Source: Candidatus Omnitrophota bacterium | GTDB taxonomy: Bacteria > Omnitrophota > Gorgyraeia > Gygaellales > Profunditerraquicolaceae | Length of the DNA stretch: 64,000 nucleotides | Direction: 5' to 3' | NCBI GenBank assembly: GCA_963805065.1 | Contig: CAWDSS010000016.1 | Location: forward strand, 1,084 to 65,083 | The notes under the pieces: model-generated | Seen by the model: only the letters and a program-made list of their open reading frames with translations | Databases searched by the model: none | Told to the model about the DNA's origin: nothing | Position numbers and translations under genes: made by a program | In this document: positions 62,386-64,000 of the stretch, one piece after another | Layout of the letters: each line of letters opens with the position of its first letter | Position numbering within the stretch: position 1 is the first letter of the stretch

Positions 62386-62440
62386 CCACGTTACACATTA
62401 CACATTAAACGTTACACAGGAAATAAAGGAGGAAACACAA

Positions 62441-62683
62441 ATGGCAGTGCATGTGCGTCTTAGAAGAATAGGAAAAAACCCAAAAGGAAAACCGCATTTT
62501 CGAATCACGGTCTTTGACGAACGCAGGGGCCGCGACAGTAAATTTATCGAGGAGTTGGGATTTTACAGCCCTGTAAGCGGCTTGGCTAGTTTAAAAAAAG
62601 ATAAGCTTTTATCTTGGATAAAAAAAGGTGCGCAGGTTTCACCCACAATAAAGAGCTTGCTTAAAAAACAAATGAAGGAGTAA
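62441..62683 (+). CDS. rpsP: 30S ribosomal protein S16
   Basis: MAVHVRLRRIGKNPKGKPHFRI..D.R..RDGKFIE.LG.Y.P pattern; AAGGAGG 9 nt upstream. Confidence 0.95.
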   Translation: MAVHVRLRRIGKNPKGKPHFRITVFDERRGRDSKFIEELGFYSPVSGLASLKKDKLLSWIKKGAQVSPTIKSLLKKQMKE

Positions 62684-62686
62684 AAA

Positions 62687-62974
62687 ATGCCCCAGTCTCA
62701 AGCAGTCAGCCCCTTGGTAAATTTGTTCCCCTTAATTGCGATTTTTGTTATATTCTATTTTCTGCTTATCAGGCCGCAAAAACAAAAAGAAAAAGAGCAT
62801 CAGAAAATGCTTTCCAACGTTAATAAGAATGACGAAATCGTGACTACCGGCGGCATCCACGGCACAATTGTAAATGTGAAGGATAAAACCCTGATAATAA
62901 GGATAGATGAGAATGTAAAGATTGAGATAGAAAAATCCTGCGTTTCTTATCTTAAGAAGAAAGGCTCTGAGTAA
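62687..62974 (+). CDS. yajC: preprotein translocase subunit YajC
   Basis: single TM, FYFLLIRPQKQK...GD.V.T.GGI.G.I motif. Confidence 0.85.
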   Translation: MPQSQAVSPLVNLFPLIAIFVIFYFLLIRPQKQKEKEHQKMLSNVNKNDEIVTTGGIHGTIVNVKDKTLIIRIDENVKIEIEKSCVSYLKKKGSE

Positions 62975-63018
62975 TTCCTCGTATTTAGTCCTTACCCGCA
63001 GCTAAAAAAGTCCATAGC

Positions 63019-64000
63019 ATGTTTAAGTCGCTAAAGCTTTATTTAGGGTTAACCACAGACTTTGAGAGGGTTATTTCCTGTTTAGTTGAATTCGGATATA
63101 CCAGGCAGGCCAATGTGTCAGTAGAGGGTGATTTTGCCCGTCGCGGCGGCATCCTGGATATTTTTCCCTTTGCTTTTGAGCTGCCGGTGCGTATCGAATT
63201 TGACAATGATACGCTGTTGTATATCAAGACATTCAACCCCTCCAATGGCCAAACGCTCTGGGAACACAGGATGGTAATTATCCTGCCGGTCAAGAAAATC
63301 TCTGCCTCCAAAAGAGTTGCCTTTAGCGAGGAATTCCCTTTATCAAGCTTCATAGATTTAAACATCGGGGATTTCGTTGTCCATAACCAGCACGGCATAG
63401 GCAGGTTTCTGGGCATTGAAAAGATAAATTTAAAAGGAAAGACAAAAGATCACCTGGTCATTGAATACGAAAATCAGGAGAAATTGTTTGTGCCTGTAGA
63501 CCAGATGAATCTGGTTCAAAAATACATTGCCTTTCAGATAAGAAGGCCAAAGCTCTACAAGCTGGGCAATAAAGAATGGCTTAGGACTAAAGAAAGAGCA
63601 AAAAAGGGCATACAGAAACTTGCCTGGGAACTCTTGACTCTGCAGGCAATGCGCATGAGCCAGGAAGGTTTCTTATTTTCTAAAGATACTGATTGGCAGA
63701 AAGATTTTGAAGAAACTTTCCCTTACGAGGAGACTCCCGACCAAATAAAAGCTACTGAAGAAGTAAAACTCGATATGGAATCGCCTAAGCCCATGGACAG
63801 GCTGCTTTGCGGAGATGTCGGATACGGAAAAACCGAAGTGGCAATGCGGGCGGCATTCAAGGCAGTAATGGATAATAAACAAGTTGCCTACCTTGTCCCG
63901 ACTACTATTTTAGCCGAGCAGCACTATGAGAATTTTCTTCTGCGCCTGAAGGATTTTCCCGTGAATGTCTGTGTTCTTTGCCGATTCAAAACAGGCGCTG
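63019..64000 (+). CDS. mfd: transcription-repair coupling factor, 5' part (runs off the window); N-terminus shorter than canonical Mfd
   Basis: my own translation of frame 1 from ATG 63019: GDFARRGGILDIFP, CarD/RID-like region GDFVVHNQHGIGRFLGI, FPYEETPDQ, helicase motif I GDVGYGKTEVA; in-frame TAG at 62986 bounds the upstream frame. Confidence 0.85.
   Translation, partial: MFKSLKLYLGLTTDFERVISCLVEFGYTRQANVSVEGDFARRGGILDIFPFAFELPVRIEFDNDTLLYIKTFNPSNGQTLWEHRMVIILPVKKISASKRVAFSEEFPLSSFIDLNIGDFVVHNQHGIGRFLGIEKINLKGKTKDHLVIEYENQEKLFVPVDQMNLVQKYIAFQIRRPKLYKLGNKEWLRTKERAKKGIQKLAWELLTLQAMRMSQEGFLFSKDTDWQKDFEETFPYEETPDQIKATEEVKLDMESPKPMDRLLCGDVGYGKTEVAMRAAFKAVMDNKQVAYLVPTTILAEQHYENFLLRLKDFPVNVCVLCRFKTGA

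Overview
AT-rich bacterial chromosomal segment (roughly one-third to two-fifths G+C judged by eye, not computed). It uses the standard bacterial code. Genes are tightly packed with many ATGA-type overlaps, and 61 of the 62 genes I call are on the + strand. No organism can be named from the sequence alone. The gene content (GT9 heptosyltransferase-like genes, gmhB, a WaaL-like ligase) points to a diderm bacterium.

Positions 1-26.8 kb hold one large envelope-glycan (LPS-core/O-antigen-like) locus. It contains:
- three GT9 genes, GmhB, an O-antigen-ligase-like protein and a ManC-like nucleotidyltransferase
- a DegT-type aminotransferase and an SDR epimerase/dehydratase
- five GT2 genes, including a tandem DPM1/ArnC-like pair, and two GT4 genes
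- three GT-C-like polytopic membrane proteins
- three class I SAM methyltransferases
- two radical SAM enzymes (one SPASM type, one B12-binding type)

Positions 26.8-64 kb are housekeeping genes, in order:
- priA, fmt, two tandem galT-like genes, gap
- a membrane-embedded SpeE-like protein, pgk (split by a frameshift), tpiA, secG
- an MFS transporter, marC-family, glgC, a GNAT
- acyl-CoA dehydrogenase, an IS200-type tnpA insertion, etfB, etfA
- a small HTH gene, smc, a GAF-GGDEF gene (the only minus-strand gene)
- recA, htrA, recX, alaS
- hisD, hisB, hisH, hisA, a lipoprotein gene, hisF, hisI
- trpE, rpsP, yajC, and the 5' part of mfd

I recognised no rRNA, tRNA or CRISPR array, and no recognisable defence or toxin system.

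The most unusual content is non-genic:
1. A conserved ~55-75 nt palindromic element (identical 18-bp stem, conserved loop) follows four operon ends, with one half-copy elsewhere.
2. An AAAAGCCAAAAG word family occurs in intergenic spacers and, in frame, inside two unrelated enzymes (ManC-like and HisH).
3. A GGGGACAGTCCCC palindrome serves as the gap terminator and also sits in frame inside a membrane-protein gene.

Protein-level oddities:
- a PriA with degenerate ATPase motifs
- a GalT-like paralog pair in which one copy lacks the nucleophile histidine
- a SpeE-like protein with degenerate catalytic motifs
- a frameshifted pgk
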